Below, in pieces: positions 1 to 10,343 of a stretch of DNA of 64,000 nucleotides; positions within the stretch are counted from its first letter, which is position 1, and the number at the start of each line of letters is the position of its first letter. The notes beneath the pieces were generated by a model. The model was not told the origin of the DNA. It did not search any database and saw only the letters and a program-made list of their open reading frames with translations. The stretch covers positions 9,791-73,790 of the forward strand of contig JBMYUJ010000002.1 of the NCBI GenBank assembly GCA_049605255.1. Reading direction: 5' to 3'. The translations under genes and the position numbers were made by a program. Source of the stretch: Magnetospiraceae bacterium (GTDB taxonomy: Bacteria; Pseudomonadota; Alphaproteobacteria; Rhodospirillales; JBMYUJ01).

Positions 1-62
1 ACAAAATCGGTTTCCAGCAGCGGATCGCCGCTTTCAAGAACCATCGCAGGAACTGCATTCAT
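1..62 (-). CDS. 5' end of a CDS downstream of nifX (partial, runs off window); possibly the NifX-associated (DUF269-type) gene
   Basis: ATG (rc of 60-62) preceded by a GGAGAA RBS. It reads MNAVPAMVLESGDPLLETDF. Only 20 codons are visible, so the call rests mainly on position after nifX. Confidence 0.3.
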   Translation of the reverse strand, partial: MNAVPAMVLESGDPLLETDF

Positions 63-111
63 GGGTTTTCTCCATCTCTTGGGGTTACCAAACCGGCGGG
101 GTGCACCAGGG

Positions 112-591
112 TTATTCGTCCCAACCATCCGCCTCCATGGCGCTGAAGCGGTCGGGGTCCCGTTGCTGGGCAATGGCGCGGGCGAGCCAGCTACGCGGCC
201 CTTCCCGGAGTTCTTCACGCAAGGCGTGGATCATCTCGCCGATGGGGGTGCCATTGGACACCTTCACCGGTTGCACATTGATGGCCCGCAGTTGCGTCAT
301 GGCCGAAGAGCCCACCGCCTGCACATAGACGGCGGCGCAATCCTTCAAGGCATCCATTTTGGCGATCAGTTTGTTTTCGTTTCCGTCCTGATCCGTGTCC
401 TCGAACTGCACCACCTCGGCCATGTGGGCCTCGTCGGGAGTCACCGCATATTTCACAAAGCAGGAGGCGGAGCCAAAATGCTGGTCCACATGTTTAAGAT
501 CCGACGAAGCGAAAGCCACCTTCAGCGCGGTATCCATCCAAGCCTCATCCGTGCTGACGTCCAAGACCGCCAAGCGTCGCGTCATGGTCAT
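112..591 (-). CDS. nifX: NifX, FeMo-cofactor biosynthesis carrier
   Basis: MTMTRRLAVLDVS..LKVAFASSDLKHVDQHFGSA..VQPVKVS..LREGPRSWLARAI..FSAMEADGWDE matches NifX along its whole length. Start 591 has a GAGAGGGA RBS and overlaps the nifN 3' end by 47 nt. Confidence 0.93.
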   Translation of the reverse strand: MTMTRRLAVLDVSTDEAWMDTALKVAFASSDLKHVDQHFGSASCFVKYAVTPDEAHMAEVVQFEDTDQDGNENKLIAKMDALKDCAAVYVQAVGSSAMTQLRAINVQPVKVSNGTPIGEMIHALREELREGPRSWLARAIAQQRDPDRFSAMEADGWDE

Positions 592-1960
592 GGTCCATCC
601 CTCTCGGGTTATCGGGTTGTGCATAAATCGATCGGTGCGGGGCGACCTCGCCATGGCCCAGGGCCAGCATCATATTAGCGAGGTCGAACAGGGCCTGCCG
701 GGCGCCCCGGTAGCCGATCCAGCAGCGGGCATAGCCGCCCACCAGGTCATATTGCGGGAAACCGGCCCGCAGCAGCGGCATCCCCAAGCGGTCGGCGGTG
801 GCTGCCGCGTGGGAATTGGCGATGATCAGATCGGCGCCGTTTTCCTGAATGCGCTTCTCCAGTTCTTCCAGATCGCCAATCTTCACTTGATCCACATCCA
901 GGGCCCGGAACAGCGGGCTGTTGGTGGGGGAAATGGCGGCGGTGACCCGCGCACCGGTTTCCTGCACCAGGGCCGTGTAGCCCGCCAGCAGTTCGGGATC
1001 GGCAGCAATGGCGATCTTCGACAAGCCGGTCATGAAGTGGGTGTCCAGCATGGCGTCTTGCAACTGAGACCGTTGCCGCTCGATCCGGTCGGGCACCGGC
1101 TGGTCGGAAATGTCCGCCAGGGCGGCGATGAAGGCATCCGTCGCGGCCAAACCCATCAGATGATCGAACCGGTAATCGGGCACACCGGTGCGCTCCTTCA
1201 ACAGATCCGCCGCGGCGGTCAAAGACCCCCCGATCACCAGCGTTGCCTTGGCCTTACCCAGGGTACGAATTTCATCCACCGGAGTGCCGCCCATGGTCAG
1301 GGGGGTGAATTCCATGTCGATCAGGTGACCATCCAGAGAGTCCGCGATATCGGGCAGCACCACCGGGCGCAGGCCGAACCGCTCCACCAGCTCCTTGACC
1401 TCCTCGATATCGCCGGGGGTCAGGGTAGAGCTCACCAGGATATTCACCTGTTTGCGCCGCTTGGCCCCTTTCGCGGGGGTTGTCGGCACCAGGGCGTCGA
1501 TCATCTCCTTGACCGCGAGGGCGAAGCCGGTTTCCAGGCAACCACTGAAATCCGGGGTGATGACCGGCACCACGGCGGTGCTGGCATGTTCCGGATGCTT
1601 TTTCTGGAAGTCGCGCACCGCCATGCGCACGTCTGTGCCCTCGGTTTCCACCACCCCGGTGGTAGGCACGCCGATGATGGCGGGATTGGATTTCTCGCAC
1701 AGGGTTTTCAACCCCTCGACCACATTGTCATCGGGGCCCATTACCGCGCTGACCTGATCGATGGCGGTGGTCTGCAAGGGGATCGGCTCGCGGAAATGGC
1801 GCACAAAGAACACCTTGCCGAAGGCGGTACAGCCTTGCGATCCATGCAGCATGGGCATGGCCCGTTCGATGCCCAAAAAGGCCAGGGCCGCACCGACGGT
1901 TTGGCTCGACTTCAGCGGACTGACGGACAGCGCCTTGTTGCGTTTGATCACCTCGGCCAT
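545..1960 (-). CDS. nifN: NifN, nitrogenase MoFe cofactor biosynthesis scaffold subunit
   Basis: MAEVIKRNKALSVSPLKSSQTVGAALAFLGIERAMPMLHGSQGCTAF is a NifN N-terminus. The ATG at 1960 lies 4 nt after the nifE stop. Confidence 0.95.
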   Translation of the reverse strand: MAEVIKRNKALSVSPLKSSQTVGAALAFLGIERAMPMLHGSQGCTAFGKVFFVRHFREPIPLQTTAIDQVSAVMGPDDNVVEGLKTLCEKSNPAIIGVPTTGVVETEGTDVRMAVRDFQKKHPEHASTAVVPVITPDFSGCLETGFALAVKEMIDALVPTTPAKGAKRRKQVNILVSSTLTPGDIEEVKELVERFGLRPVVLPDIADSLDGHLIDMEFTPLTMGGTPVDEIRTLGKAKATLVIGGSLTAAADLLKERTGVPDYRFDHLMGLAATDAFIAALADISDQPVPDRIERQRSQLQDAMLDTHFMTGLSKIAIAADPELLAGYTALVQETGARVTAAISPTNSPLFRALDVDQVKIGDLEELEKRIQENGADLIIANSHAAATADRLGMPLLRAGFPQYDLVGGYARCWIGYRGARQALFDLANMMLALGHGEVAPHRSIYAQPDNPRGMDHDHDATLGGLGRQHG

Positions 1961-1964
1961 GATG

Positions 1965-3374
1965 TTACGCCTCCGCCGACACCGGGGTCGGTTCCGGCGC
2001 TTTGTGCCAGGGAGCGGGATCGCGCACGGCATTCCAGATCGGGTTGTTCATGGTCAGCACCAACTGCCGGGCCAGCTCGGTCATACCGGCGTAGCCCGCA
2101 TAGGCGAATTCCCGCTCCTGATTGATATCCAGGAACGGCAGACGGGCCTTCAGGGCCGTGTACATATTCCGGCCCCCGGCGATCAGGATATCCACCCGCT
2201 CCTTGCGGCAGATATCCAGCAGGTTATAGGGGTTGCCGTCTTCGATCATGATGGCGTCGCGGCCCATGATCTCGCGGATGCGGGCCTTGTCTTCCTCGGT
2301 GGATTTCTTGGTGCCGGTGGCCACCACCTCCATGCCCAGATCCTTGAGTGCGGAGACCACCGACCAGGATTTCACCCCCCCGGTATAGAGCAGAACCCGC
2401 TTGCCCTTGAGCTGACCGCGCCAAGGTTCCAGTGCTGCATCGATGGCGGCTTCCTCGCGGGCGATCAGGGTTTCGGTGCGCGCGGTCAGGTCGTCATCAC
2501 CGATCAAACGGGCGATATCGCGCAGCGCCTGAGACATGTCCTGCACGCCATAAAAGCTGCCCTCGAACCAGGGCGATCCGTAGCTTTCGCGCAGCTTGCG
2601 GGCGACGTTGATCATCGCCTTGGAGCAGACAATCATGTTGACTTCCGACCGGTGCATGGTTTGCACGTCGCGGAACCGGGCATCGCCAGACAGGTTGCCA
2701 AGAATGCGAATGCCCAATTCGTCAAACAGCGGCGTGACATGCCACAGCTCTCCGGCGATGTTGAATTCGCCGATCAGGGCGATGTCATGGACCTTGATCC
2801 CGGGTCGTTGCGCCGCTTCTGGCACCGGATCGGGCTCACGGGTGCCGATCACATGCTTGACCATGGCTTCCCCGGCGATCCGGTTACCCAAGTTTTTGGT
2901 GCCGTAAAAACCGGCGGCATCGATGGGCACCACGGGGGTGCCGAATTTCTCTTCCGCCGCCTTGCACACCGCGCCGATATCATCGCCGGTCAGGGCGGGG
3001 ACGCAGGTGTTGTACACGAACACGGCCTGGGGCCCGTAGGTTTCCACCGCTTGTTTGATGGAATGGAACAGGCGCTTTTCGCCCCGGCCCATGATGATGT
3101 CTTGTTCGGTCAGATCGGTGGTCATGCCGATCTTGTAGAGCGCCCGCCCCGTGGTCCGGCTGCCCCGATTGTCCCAGGAGCTGCCCGCACAGGCGATCGG
3201 ACCATGAACGATATGCGCCACATCGGCGATGGGAGAGAGCGCGATCTGCGCGCCATCGAAGGAACATCCGCCTGCGGTGGCGCCGGGCTTCAGTTTGGCA
3301 CAACCGGATTTGGACTTGTTGTTATGGCTGCAAGCCGGCTCATCAAGCAGGGCGGCGATATCTTTGGCCTTCAT
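1965..3374 (-). CDS. nifE: NifE, nitrogenase MoFe cofactor biosynthesis scaffold subunit
   Basis: [45 protein letters not shown] matches NifE. A GGGAGG RBS precedes ATG 3374. Confidence 0.96.
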   Translation of the reverse strand: MKAKDIAALLDEPACSHNNKSKSGCAKLKPGATAGGCSFDGAQIALSPIADVAHIVHGPIACAGSSWDNRGSRTTGRALYKIGMTTDLTEQDIIMGRGEKRLFHSIKQAVETYGPQAVFVYNTCVPALTGDDIGAVCKAAEEKFGTPVVPIDAAGFYGTKNLGNRIAGEAMVKHVIGTREPDPVPEAAQRPGIKVHDIALIGEFNIAGELWHVTPLFDELGIRILGNLSGDARFRDVQTMHRSEVNMIVCSKAMINVARKLRESYGSPWFEGSFYGVQDMSQALRDIARLIGDDDLTARTETLIAREEAAIDAALEPWRGQLKGKRVLLYTGGVKSWSVVSALKDLGMEVVATGTKKSTEEDKARIREIMGRDAIMIEDGNPYNLLDICRKERVDILIAGGRNMYTALKARLPFLDINQEREFAYAGYAGMTELARQLVLTMNNPIWNAVRDPAPWHKAPEPTPVSAEA

Positions 3375-3415
3375 GGGACCTCCCGATGCGAAATAATGTC
3401 TCTTCCCGCATCTCA

Positions 3416-3430
3416 GCAACCTTTGTGCCA
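3416..3430 (-). promoter_or_regulatory. sigma54 (-24/-12) promoter of nifENX
   Basis: The reverse complement reads TGGCACAAAGGTTGC, an exact TGGCAC-N5-TTGC, about 40 nt upstream of the nifE ATG. Confidence 0.85.
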
Positions 3431-3474
3431 AACACTAAGATATTGATTTTACTAATTTGTCGGAAGGGAGGGGA

Positions 3475-3490
3475 TGTCACAAACCCGACA
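3475..3490. promoter_or_regulatory. NifA-type UAS (TGT-N10-ACA) upstream of nifE
   Basis: TGTCACAAACCCGACA is an exact TGT-N10-ACA. It lies about 45 bp upstream of the -24 element, closer than is usual. Confidence 0.6.
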
Positions 3491-3517
3491 ATCCCCGCCT
3501 TTCCCACCGGGCCCCAC

Positions 3518-4462
3518 TCACAGGGCGTAGGGGTCCTTGATCCAGCGCTTCAATATCTTCACATCCCGGGTCGGCAAGTAGGCATAGGCGCCCATCAAAT
3601 CCTCATGGGCCGCTTCGGCCACCCGGTGATAGCGGGCGTTACCTGTGACCAGGCTGAAAAACCAGGCCATGGGATAACCCGCCGCCCGATCATGGGCGTG
3701 AATGATCCGGGCCAGATCCGCACCCCGCGTGAGCGACCCCTCCGGCACTTCCGGCAGTTCGTCGACCGGGCGGGGCCGGGGTTTGACGTCAAAACGTTGC
3801 TCTCCGAAACGGTCCAGATAGGGCACCACGGTGAGAATCCAATGATCGCAGAGCAAGGTTTCCGCCGCGCTGCTTTCGGTCCAATCCGCGATGAACCGGC
3901 GGAACCATTTATCGCCCTGAAAAGGGGATTCCGGATCGCTGAGCGCGTTGGTGAAATTGATCGCCCGCCGCAAATGGTAGCGCGGCGCGCTCAGGGGTTC
4001 CGGGTCGAGACGGACGCTTTCGAGGGGATCGACAATATCGTCGATATCATCGGGAAGGTTTTCCGGGTCCAACAACAGCCGGTCCTGTATCTCGCGCGTT
4101 TCTTCCACCTCGACCTGCAAAAAGGTCAGAGGTTTATCGCCCAGGGGCACGATGAAATAATGGGTCGCCCCAGCGATGCGCGTGGCGATATAGCCGCTGT
4201 CGCCATACTGGGCGGCAAAATCCAAAGCATCACCGCCGCTTTCGGCTTCCACCCAATCCCCTAAATTTTCGGCGATCCGGGTCCCGTCTGCCGTCACAAT
4301 GCCGCCGGACCGATACCAGCCCTCCCGCGTCAGCGCCAATTCAATCGCGTCGTTCCCCAAAACATTCGCGATATTGGCAATCAGCGCCGCATGATACCGA
4401 TCCGGCAAAGCGGTCTGGCACGCCGCCCGAAGGCGGTCCTCCTCCCCCCAAATAATCGTCAT
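3518..4462 (-). CDS. Hypothetical 314-aa acidic protein, last gene of the nifHDK..nifY transcription unit
   Basis: ORF 3518..4789 trimmed to ATG 4462, which overlaps the TAA of the preceding 88-aa ORF (TAATG). It has only one Cys and no metal-cluster motif. I do not recognise the family. Confidence 0.6.
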   Translation of the reverse strand: MTIIWGEEDRLRAACQTALPDRYHAALIANIANVLGNDAIELALTREGWYRSGGIVTADGTRIAENLGDWVEAESGGDALDFAAQYGDSGYIATRIAGATHYFIVPLGDKPLTFLQVEVEETREIQDRLLLDPENLPDDIDDIVDPLESVRLDPEPLSAPRYHLRRAINFTNALSDPESPFQGDKWFRRFIADWTESSAAETLLCDHWILTVVPYLDRFGEQRFDVKPRPRPVDELPEVPEGSLTRGADLARIIHAHDRAAGYPMAWFFSLVTGNARYHRVAEAAHEDLMGAYAYLPTRDVKILKRWIKDPYAL

Positions 4463-4728
4463 TAGTCCGGCTCCGTCTCCGCAACCACCAACCCCGTGGC
4501 CACTTGGTAATCCGGTGTCAGACGCAAACAATGGTCTGCCGCATCCACGTAATAGAGGTTGAACCCCTCCCCTTCGAACGCCGGGCGTGGCCCCACCACG
4601 TCGTCGTCCATGCAATAGGTGAAATGCACACCGGGATGGGTCGCCCGCAGGTTGGTGACGGTCTGTTCGGCCACGCCCTCCTCGGTCAACTGCAAGACCA
4701 CCGCGTTCAGCACATTTTCGTCGATCAT
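4462..4728 (-). CDS. Hypothetical 88-aa protein, nif-operon embedded
   Basis: The start shares an ATGA overlap with the nifY-like stop, and the stop overlaps the next start. Sequence is MIDENVLNAVVLQLTEEGVAEQTVTNLRATHPGVHFTYCMDDD. I do not recognise the family. Confidence 0.6.
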   Translation of the reverse strand: MIDENVLNAVVLQLTEEGVAEQTVTNLRATHPGVHFTYCMDDDVVGPRPAFEGEGFNLYYVDAADHCLRLTPDYQVATGLVVAETEPD

Positions 4729-5423
4729 TCTTCCACCTCGTGAATGACCGGCGCGCGATCCTCCGCCGAAACGCCCATGATTTTAGCAAGCCAAGGCGGC
4801 GGCGTGGTTTCGAGCCGCTCGGCGAGCTTCATGGCCAAATCCCGGGCGCTGCCACCAGCCGGGATCTTCACGGGCTGGATATCGCGCTTGATGACCTTGG
4901 CGGCGGCGGCCCCCCCGATGGAGGCCACGTACAAAACATGACAATCCGCGATTAGATCGGCGCGAAAGTCATTCTTGTCTTCCACATCCGTCACCGTGTT
5001 GGCATCGCGGATATCGATCAGGCGCACCGTATCGGGGGCCACTTGATAGACCAGGAACCGGGCGCAGGAGCCGAAATGCCCATCCAGCGCCTCACCCGTA
5101 TTGGAGGCGCAAGCGACCCGGATCGAGCCGGGCATATCGCCTTCTGTAAAGGCTTCGGCAGTCGGCAGCGGCGCTTCTTCCTTCGCGCCCTTCAACTGGC
5201 TGAGCGCTTCTTCCAAGGCGGCCTTCGGCATCTCGGAAAATTCACCATCCAAAGCGGTACGCAGGTCTTTGAGACGTAACTTTTGGATCTTGTCCTCTGC
5301 CGGCGGCAGGCCGATGGCGGCATCCAGCACGGCAAGCAACTTCGCGGGGGTGGTATCCGGCAAGGCGCGGGCGGCCAGGCCGATACGCAGGGCCATTTCG
5401 CGGGTCATGGGGGTATCCGACAT
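4725..5423 (-). CDS. nifY: NifY/NafY-like protein (NifX-core domain with N-terminal extension)
   Basis: The C-terminal half has the NifX/NifY core (GHFGSCARFLVYQV..VLYVASIGGAAAAKVIKRDIQPVK). An N-terminal domain of about 100 aa resembles NifY/NafY. ATG 5423 was chosen (MSDTPMTREMAL). Confidence 0.8.
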   Translation of the reverse strand: MSDTPMTREMALRIGLAARALPDTTPAKLLAVLDAAIGLPPAEDKIQKLRLKDLRTALDGEFSEMPKAALEEALSQLKGAKEEAPLPTAEAFTEGDMPGSIRVACASNTGEALDGHFGSCARFLVYQVAPDTVRLIDIRDANTVTDVEDKNDFRADLIADCHVLYVASIGGAAAAKVIKRDIQPVKIPAGGSARDLAMKLAERLETTPPPWLAKIMGVSAEDRAPVIHEVEE

Positions 5424-5494
5424 GGGGCGCTCCCTCTTCGAACGGTTGAACGATGGGCGGCGGCGCGGGTTTGCCACGCCGCCATCCATGGGAA

Positions 5495-5695
5495 TCAGGC
5501 ATCCAAAAAGACGATGCAGTCCGGCTCTTGGCACACATCCATGCATTGGGGCATGTCGAAGTCGCCTTCGCATTCGGTGCAGGTATCGACCTTGACGGCA
5601 TAAACGCCTTTGTGGGGGAAGATGGAATCCGTCGGGCAGACCGGTTCACAGTCGCCGCAAGCGGTGCAGATATCGGAAACGATTTTTACGGCCAT
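5495..5695 (-). CDS. Small 2x[4Fe-4S]-type ferredoxin (66 aa)
   Basis: MAVKIVSDICTACGDCEPVCP and CTECEGDFDMPQCMDVC are two Cys clusters typical of nif-linked ferredoxins. Confidence 0.85.
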   Translation of the reverse strand: MAVKIVSDICTACGDCEPVCPTDSIFPHKGVYAVKVDTCTECEGDFDMPQCMDVCQEPDCIVFLDA

Positions 5696-5724
5696 GGGAC
5701 AACTCCTCTTGGACGGGCCTGGAA

Positions 5725-5937
5725 TCAGGCACGTTTGAATCGCAAGGTTGTGGGGAATTGAGGGGGTGGGCTGATGGGATCGATATACCACCGGGTCCCG
5801 TCGGAGAGTTCGACCTCCCCGCCCCAGGTTTCGTCGGTGTCGTTTTCGACGGCGACAACGGTCTCTTCCATGTCTTTCTTGGCGACATAGAACAGTAATT
5901 TGCCGTCCTCCCGGCACCGCAGCATGACACTGGGCAT
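5725..5937 (-). CDS. nifT: NifT/FixU
   Basis: The 70-aa MPSVMLRCREDGKLLFYVAKKDMEETVVAVE..WGGEVELSDGTRWYIDP matches the NifT/FixU pattern. It lies directly after nifK. Confidence 0.88.
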   Translation of the reverse strand: MPSVMLRCREDGKLLFYVAKKDMEETVVAVENDTDETWGGEVELSDGTRWYIDPISPPPQFPTTLRFKRA

Positions 5938-6016
5938 TCTTTGACCTCCTATAGATGGAGGGAACGGCGGACGCCGCCATCGAATGGTCGATGACGGCGC
6001 CGTTTCCGTACCCCGA

Positions 6017-7588
6017 TTAACGAACGAGGTCGTAGTTGTAGTCCGTGGTACCCATGCCCCGGGTATCATCATCGAGCCGTTCCAGGACCGCATTCACCAA
6101 GGTGGTGAGGATGTGCATGGCACCCTCATAGCCCATGGTGGTGTGGCGGTGCAGGTGGTGACGGTCGAAGATGGGGAACCCGATACGGATCAGGGGAACC
6201 TCAAACTCTTTACCCTTGTACAAGGTATCACGCTGGATGAACTTGCCGTAGGAGTTGCCAATCATGAAGTCCGGCTTATCGGTGAAGACCAGCGAGCGCA
6301 TGTGCCACAGGTCCTTGCCGATATGCACGGTGGAGTTCGCGCCGTAGGGAGAATCCGCCAGGATCTTCTCCATCGCCTTTTTCCACCGCTTGTTGGCATG
6401 GTTGCACAGGATGTGGGTCGGTTCCGCACCCAGTTCGAGCAGGAACTTGGTCATGCCCATCACGAAGTCGGCATCGCCCCACAGGGCGTATTTCTTGCCG
6501 TGCAACCAGGCATGGGAGTCGGTCATCATGTCGACCAGACGGCCCCGTTCGATCTCCAAGGATTTGGAAACCGGCTTGCCGGTGAGTTCGGAGACCTTCA
6601 TGAGGAAGGCATCGGTGTATTCCAGCCCCATGGGGATGGCGATATCGCTGGCTTCCTGTTTCCAGGTGTTTTTAATGTACTTGCGGGTTTTCACAAGCTG
6701 CCAGGGTTGCAGGAGCAGGGTGTCGGCCGCATTCGGCGCGTCCTTCACCTCGTCTTGCGTGGTGCCGCCAGCATACATGCGATATTCGCCGTCGGCGGGG
6801 GTGTCCAGCACCTCGGTGGGATCGGACAGGAAGGAGAAATCAACATCCATGTCTTTCAGCATGCGCTGAATGACCCGGAAATTGCCGAGATAGGTTTCGA
6901 AGCCCGGCACGATATTGATCTTGCCGTTGCTGCCCACTTCCTTGTCTTCCATGTGGTTCAGGGTGAAGTAACGAATCACCCCTTCGAACATGTTGTCCCA
7001 ACCGGTGGTGTGGCTACCAACGAAGCTGGGGGTGTGGGCAAAGGGAACCGCGTAATCCTCGGGGACATGACCTTCCTTCTTCGAGTTGGCGATGAAGGCA
7101 TTCAGGTCATCACCGATGACTTCCGCCATGCAGGTGGTGGAAACGGCGATCATGTCCGGCTTGTACAGGGCCTTGGCGTTGGCCAGACCATCGAACATGT
7201 TCTTTTGTCCACCGAACACCGCGGCATCTTCGATCATGGAATCGGAGACACAGGCGATCGGTTCTTTGAAGTGACGATTGAAGTAGGTCCGGAAGTAGGC
7301 AACGCAACCCTGAGAACCGTGAACGTAGGGCAGAGTCTTTTCAAAGCCCAGGGCACACAACACCGCACCCAAAGGCTGACACGCCTTCGCCGGGTTAACG
7401 GTCAGCGCTTCGCGCTGGAAGTTGATATCCTGGTATTCTTTGGTGGTGGTCCACTCAAAGACCTCATCAATCTTTTCGGCATCATGGGCCTCTTCGAATT
7501 CGGCCCGCTTCTTACCGAGGGAATCCTTGTAATCCTCATCCCGGAACAAGGGAAAGCTCGGCTTGATGTTATCAACGACTTGACTCAT
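6017..7588 (-). CDS. nifK: Nitrogenase MoFe protein beta chain
   Basis: MSQVVDNIKPSFPLFRDEDYK..LTVNPAKACQPLGAVLCALGFEKTLPYVHGSQGCVAYFR matches NifK. Confidence 0.98.
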   Translation of the reverse strand: MSQVVDNIKPSFPLFRDEDYKDSLGKKRAEFEEAHDAEKIDEVFEWTTTKEYQDINFQREALTVNPAKACQPLGAVLCALGFEKTLPYVHGSQGCVAYFRTYFNRHFKEPIACVSDSMIEDAAVFGGQKNMFDGLANAKALYKPDMIAVSTTCMAEVIGDDLNAFIANSKKEGHVPEDYAVPFAHTPSFVGSHTTGWDNMFEGVIRYFTLNHMEDKEVGSNGKINIVPGFETYLGNFRVIQRMLKDMDVDFSFLSDPTEVLDTPADGEYRMYAGGTTQDEVKDAPNAADTLLLQPWQLVKTRKYIKNTWKQEASDIAIPMGLEYTDAFLMKVSELTGKPVSKSLEIERGRLVDMMTDSHAWLHGKKYALWGDADFVMGMTKFLLELGAEPTHILCNHANKRWKKAMEKILADSPYGANSTVHIGKDLWHMRSLVFTDKPDFMIGNSYGKFIQRDTLYKGKEFEVPLIRIGFPIFDRHHLHRHTTMGYEGAMHILTTLVNAVLERLDDDTRGMGTTDYNYDLVR

Positions 7589-7673
7589 TTCTTCTTCCTC
7601 CTCCCGCGCCACTAATCCGTGGACGAACGGGTCGGGTGAAACAGAACAGCCTTGGGATCAAGAACCGAAGTTC

Positions 7674-9155
7674 TTATTCTCCGGCGGCAGCGACAGAGGT
7701 TTCGGCGTCATCCGCGGCTTTCCACGGCGGGGTCAGCTTTTTCCAGCACGGGTTATTCAGGGTCATGTCCATATCCCGGGCGAAGATGGCGAAGCCGTCA
7801 TAGCCGTGATACGGGCCGGAATAATCCCAGGAGTGCATTTGCCGGAAGGGAACGCCCATCTTCTGGAAGATGTACTTTTCCTTGATACCGGAACCGATGA
7901 GGTCGGGTTTGACCTTCTTGACGAACTCTTCGAACTCATAGCCCGTGACGTCGTCATAGATCAGGGTCGCGTTGCCCATTTCCTTCATGGTACGGTCGTA
8001 ATCATCGTTATGGGCGAATTCATAGCCCGTGCCGACCACTTCCATGCCCAGATCCTCGTAGGCGCCGATCACGTGGCGCGGCCGCAGACCACCCACATAA
8101 AGCATGACCCGCTTGCCTTCCAGACGCGGCCGATACTTGTCGATAACCGCCTGGTATTCGGCTTTGTACTTAGCAATCACTTCCTCGCACTTGGCTTGGA
8201 TGGTCTCGTCGAAGAACGCGGCGATCTTGCGCAGGGATTCTTCGATTTTGGTGGGACCGAAGAAGTTGTATTCCATCCAAGGAATACCGTACTTCTCTTC
8301 CATGTGCCGGGAGATGTAGTTCATGGACCGGTAGCAGTGCAGCAGGTTCAGCTTCGCTTTCGGAGTGTTTTCCATTTCCGACAGCGTGCCATCACCAGAC
8401 CATTGCGCGATCACCCGCAGGCCCATTTCCTCGAGCAGGATACGCGAAGACCAGGCGTCACCACCGATGTTGTAATCACCGATGATGGTGACGTCATAAG
8501 GGGTGGTTTGGAAGGAGGTGTCGTTATCCCGGTTGCTCAGCACCCAGTCGCGCACGGAATCGTTGGCGATGTGGTGACCGAGGGATTGGGACACACCGCG
8601 GAACCCTTCGCAGCGCACCGGCACGACCGGCTTGTTGTATTCCTTGTTCTTGACCTTGGACACGGCCTCGATATCGTCACCGATCAGGCCGATGGGGCAT
8701 TCGGATTGCACCGTGATGCCCTTGTTCAAGGGGAACAGGGATTCGATTTCGTCGATCAGCTTGGACAGCTTCTTGTCGCCACCGAACACAATGTCCTTCT
8801 CTTGGAAGTCAGAGGTGAAGTTCATGGTGCCGAACGTATTCACGCCCGTGGTGCCCACATAGTAGTTGCGACGACCCGCGCGGGAATATTGACCGCAGCC
8901 GACGGGACCGTGGGAGATGTGGATCATGTCCTTTACAGGACCCCACACCACACCCTTGGAACCGGCGTAGGCGCAACCACGAATGGTCATGACACCCGGC
9001 TGGGATTTCCGGTTGGACGTGATGCATTTCTTGGATTGTTCGAGTTCCGGATCATTGGCCGTCAGGTGCTTGGCGCGGTCCTTCTTGGCCTTTTCCGGGT
9101 AGACTTCCAGCACCTCTTGAATAAGGGCTTCTGTCTGTTCACGGTTCATGGTCAT
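7674..9155 (-). CDS. nifD: Nitrogenase MoFe protein alpha chain
   Basis: [64 protein letters not shown] matches NifD. Confidence 0.98.
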   Translation of the reverse strand: MTMNREQTEALIQEVLEVYPEKAKKDRAKHLTANDPELEQSKKCITSNRKSQPGVMTIRGCAYAGSKGVVWGPVKDMIHISHGPVGCGQYSRAGRRNYYVGTTGVNTFGTMNFTSDFQEKDIVFGGDKKLSKLIDEIESLFPLNKGITVQSECPIGLIGDDIEAVSKVKNKEYNKPVVPVRCEGFRGVSQSLGHHIANDSVRDWVLSNRDNDTSFQTTPYDVTIIGDYNIGGDAWSSRILLEEMGLRVIAQWSGDGTLSEMENTPKAKLNLLHCYRSMNYISRHMEEKYGIPWMEYNFFGPTKIEESLRKIAAFFDETIQAKCEEVIAKYKAEYQAVIDKYRPRLEGKRVMLYVGGLRPRHVIGAYEDLGMEVVGTGYEFAHNDDYDRTMKEMGNATLIYDDVTGYEFEEFVKKVKPDLIGSGIKEKYIFQKMGVPFRQMHSWDYSGPYHGYDGFAIFARDMDMTLNNPCWKKLTPPWKAADDAETSVAAAGE

Positions 9156-9203
9156 TGCCCGTTCTCCTCTAAAAGCAGGGGCATATCCGGTCTTCCCGAT
9201 GGG

Positions 9204-9241
9204 CCGTCAATTCCCGTTTGCCACAACAGGGGAAATGACGG
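9204..9241 (-). other. Stem-loop in the nifH-nifD intergenic region
   Basis: CCGTCAATTCCC..GGGAAATGACGG gives 12-nt arms with one mismatch and a 14-nt loop. No U-tract follows, so it is likely an mRNA processing or stability structure rather than a terminator. Confidence 0.4.
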
Positions 9242-9258
9242 CCGCGGGAAGGGTGATG

Positions 9259-10209
<951 letters not shown>

Positions 10210-10213
10210 CTAA

Positions 10214-10228
10214 GCAAGGGCCGTGCCA
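10214..10228 (-). promoter_or_regulatory. sigma54 promoter of nifHDK
   Basis: The reverse complement reads TGGCACGGCCCTTGC, an exact TGGCAC-N5-TTGC, about 65 nt upstream of the nifH ATG. Confidence 0.9.
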
Positions 10229-10327
10229 AGCGGCGATATCACCATTAACCTGTTGAAAAATATAAGAACCCAGGCAAATCAGGGATGCGACAATCGAGTG
10301 ACACATGCGACAAACCCACATTTTTTT

Positions 10328-10343
10328 TGTGGGAACCGTGACA
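10328..10343. promoter_or_regulatory. NifA UAS for nifH
   Basis: TGTGGGAACCGTGACA is an exact TGT-N10-ACA, about 100 bp upstream of the nifH -24 element. Its last A is the A of the draT ATG. Confidence 0.8.

Noticed and set aside
395-2125. Very long ORFs antisense to real genes. Examples are 395..2125(+) opposite nifN/nifE, 5984..7615(+) opposite nifK, 7806..9305(+) opposite nifD, 18281..20299(+) 672 aa opposite nifA, and 41649..42656(-) opposite phnD.
   Set aside because: They are mirror-frame ORFs expected in GC-rich DNA. Their translations are Arg/Gly/His/Pro-rich with low complexity and no recognisable motifs, and the opposite strand encodes unmistakable conserved proteins.
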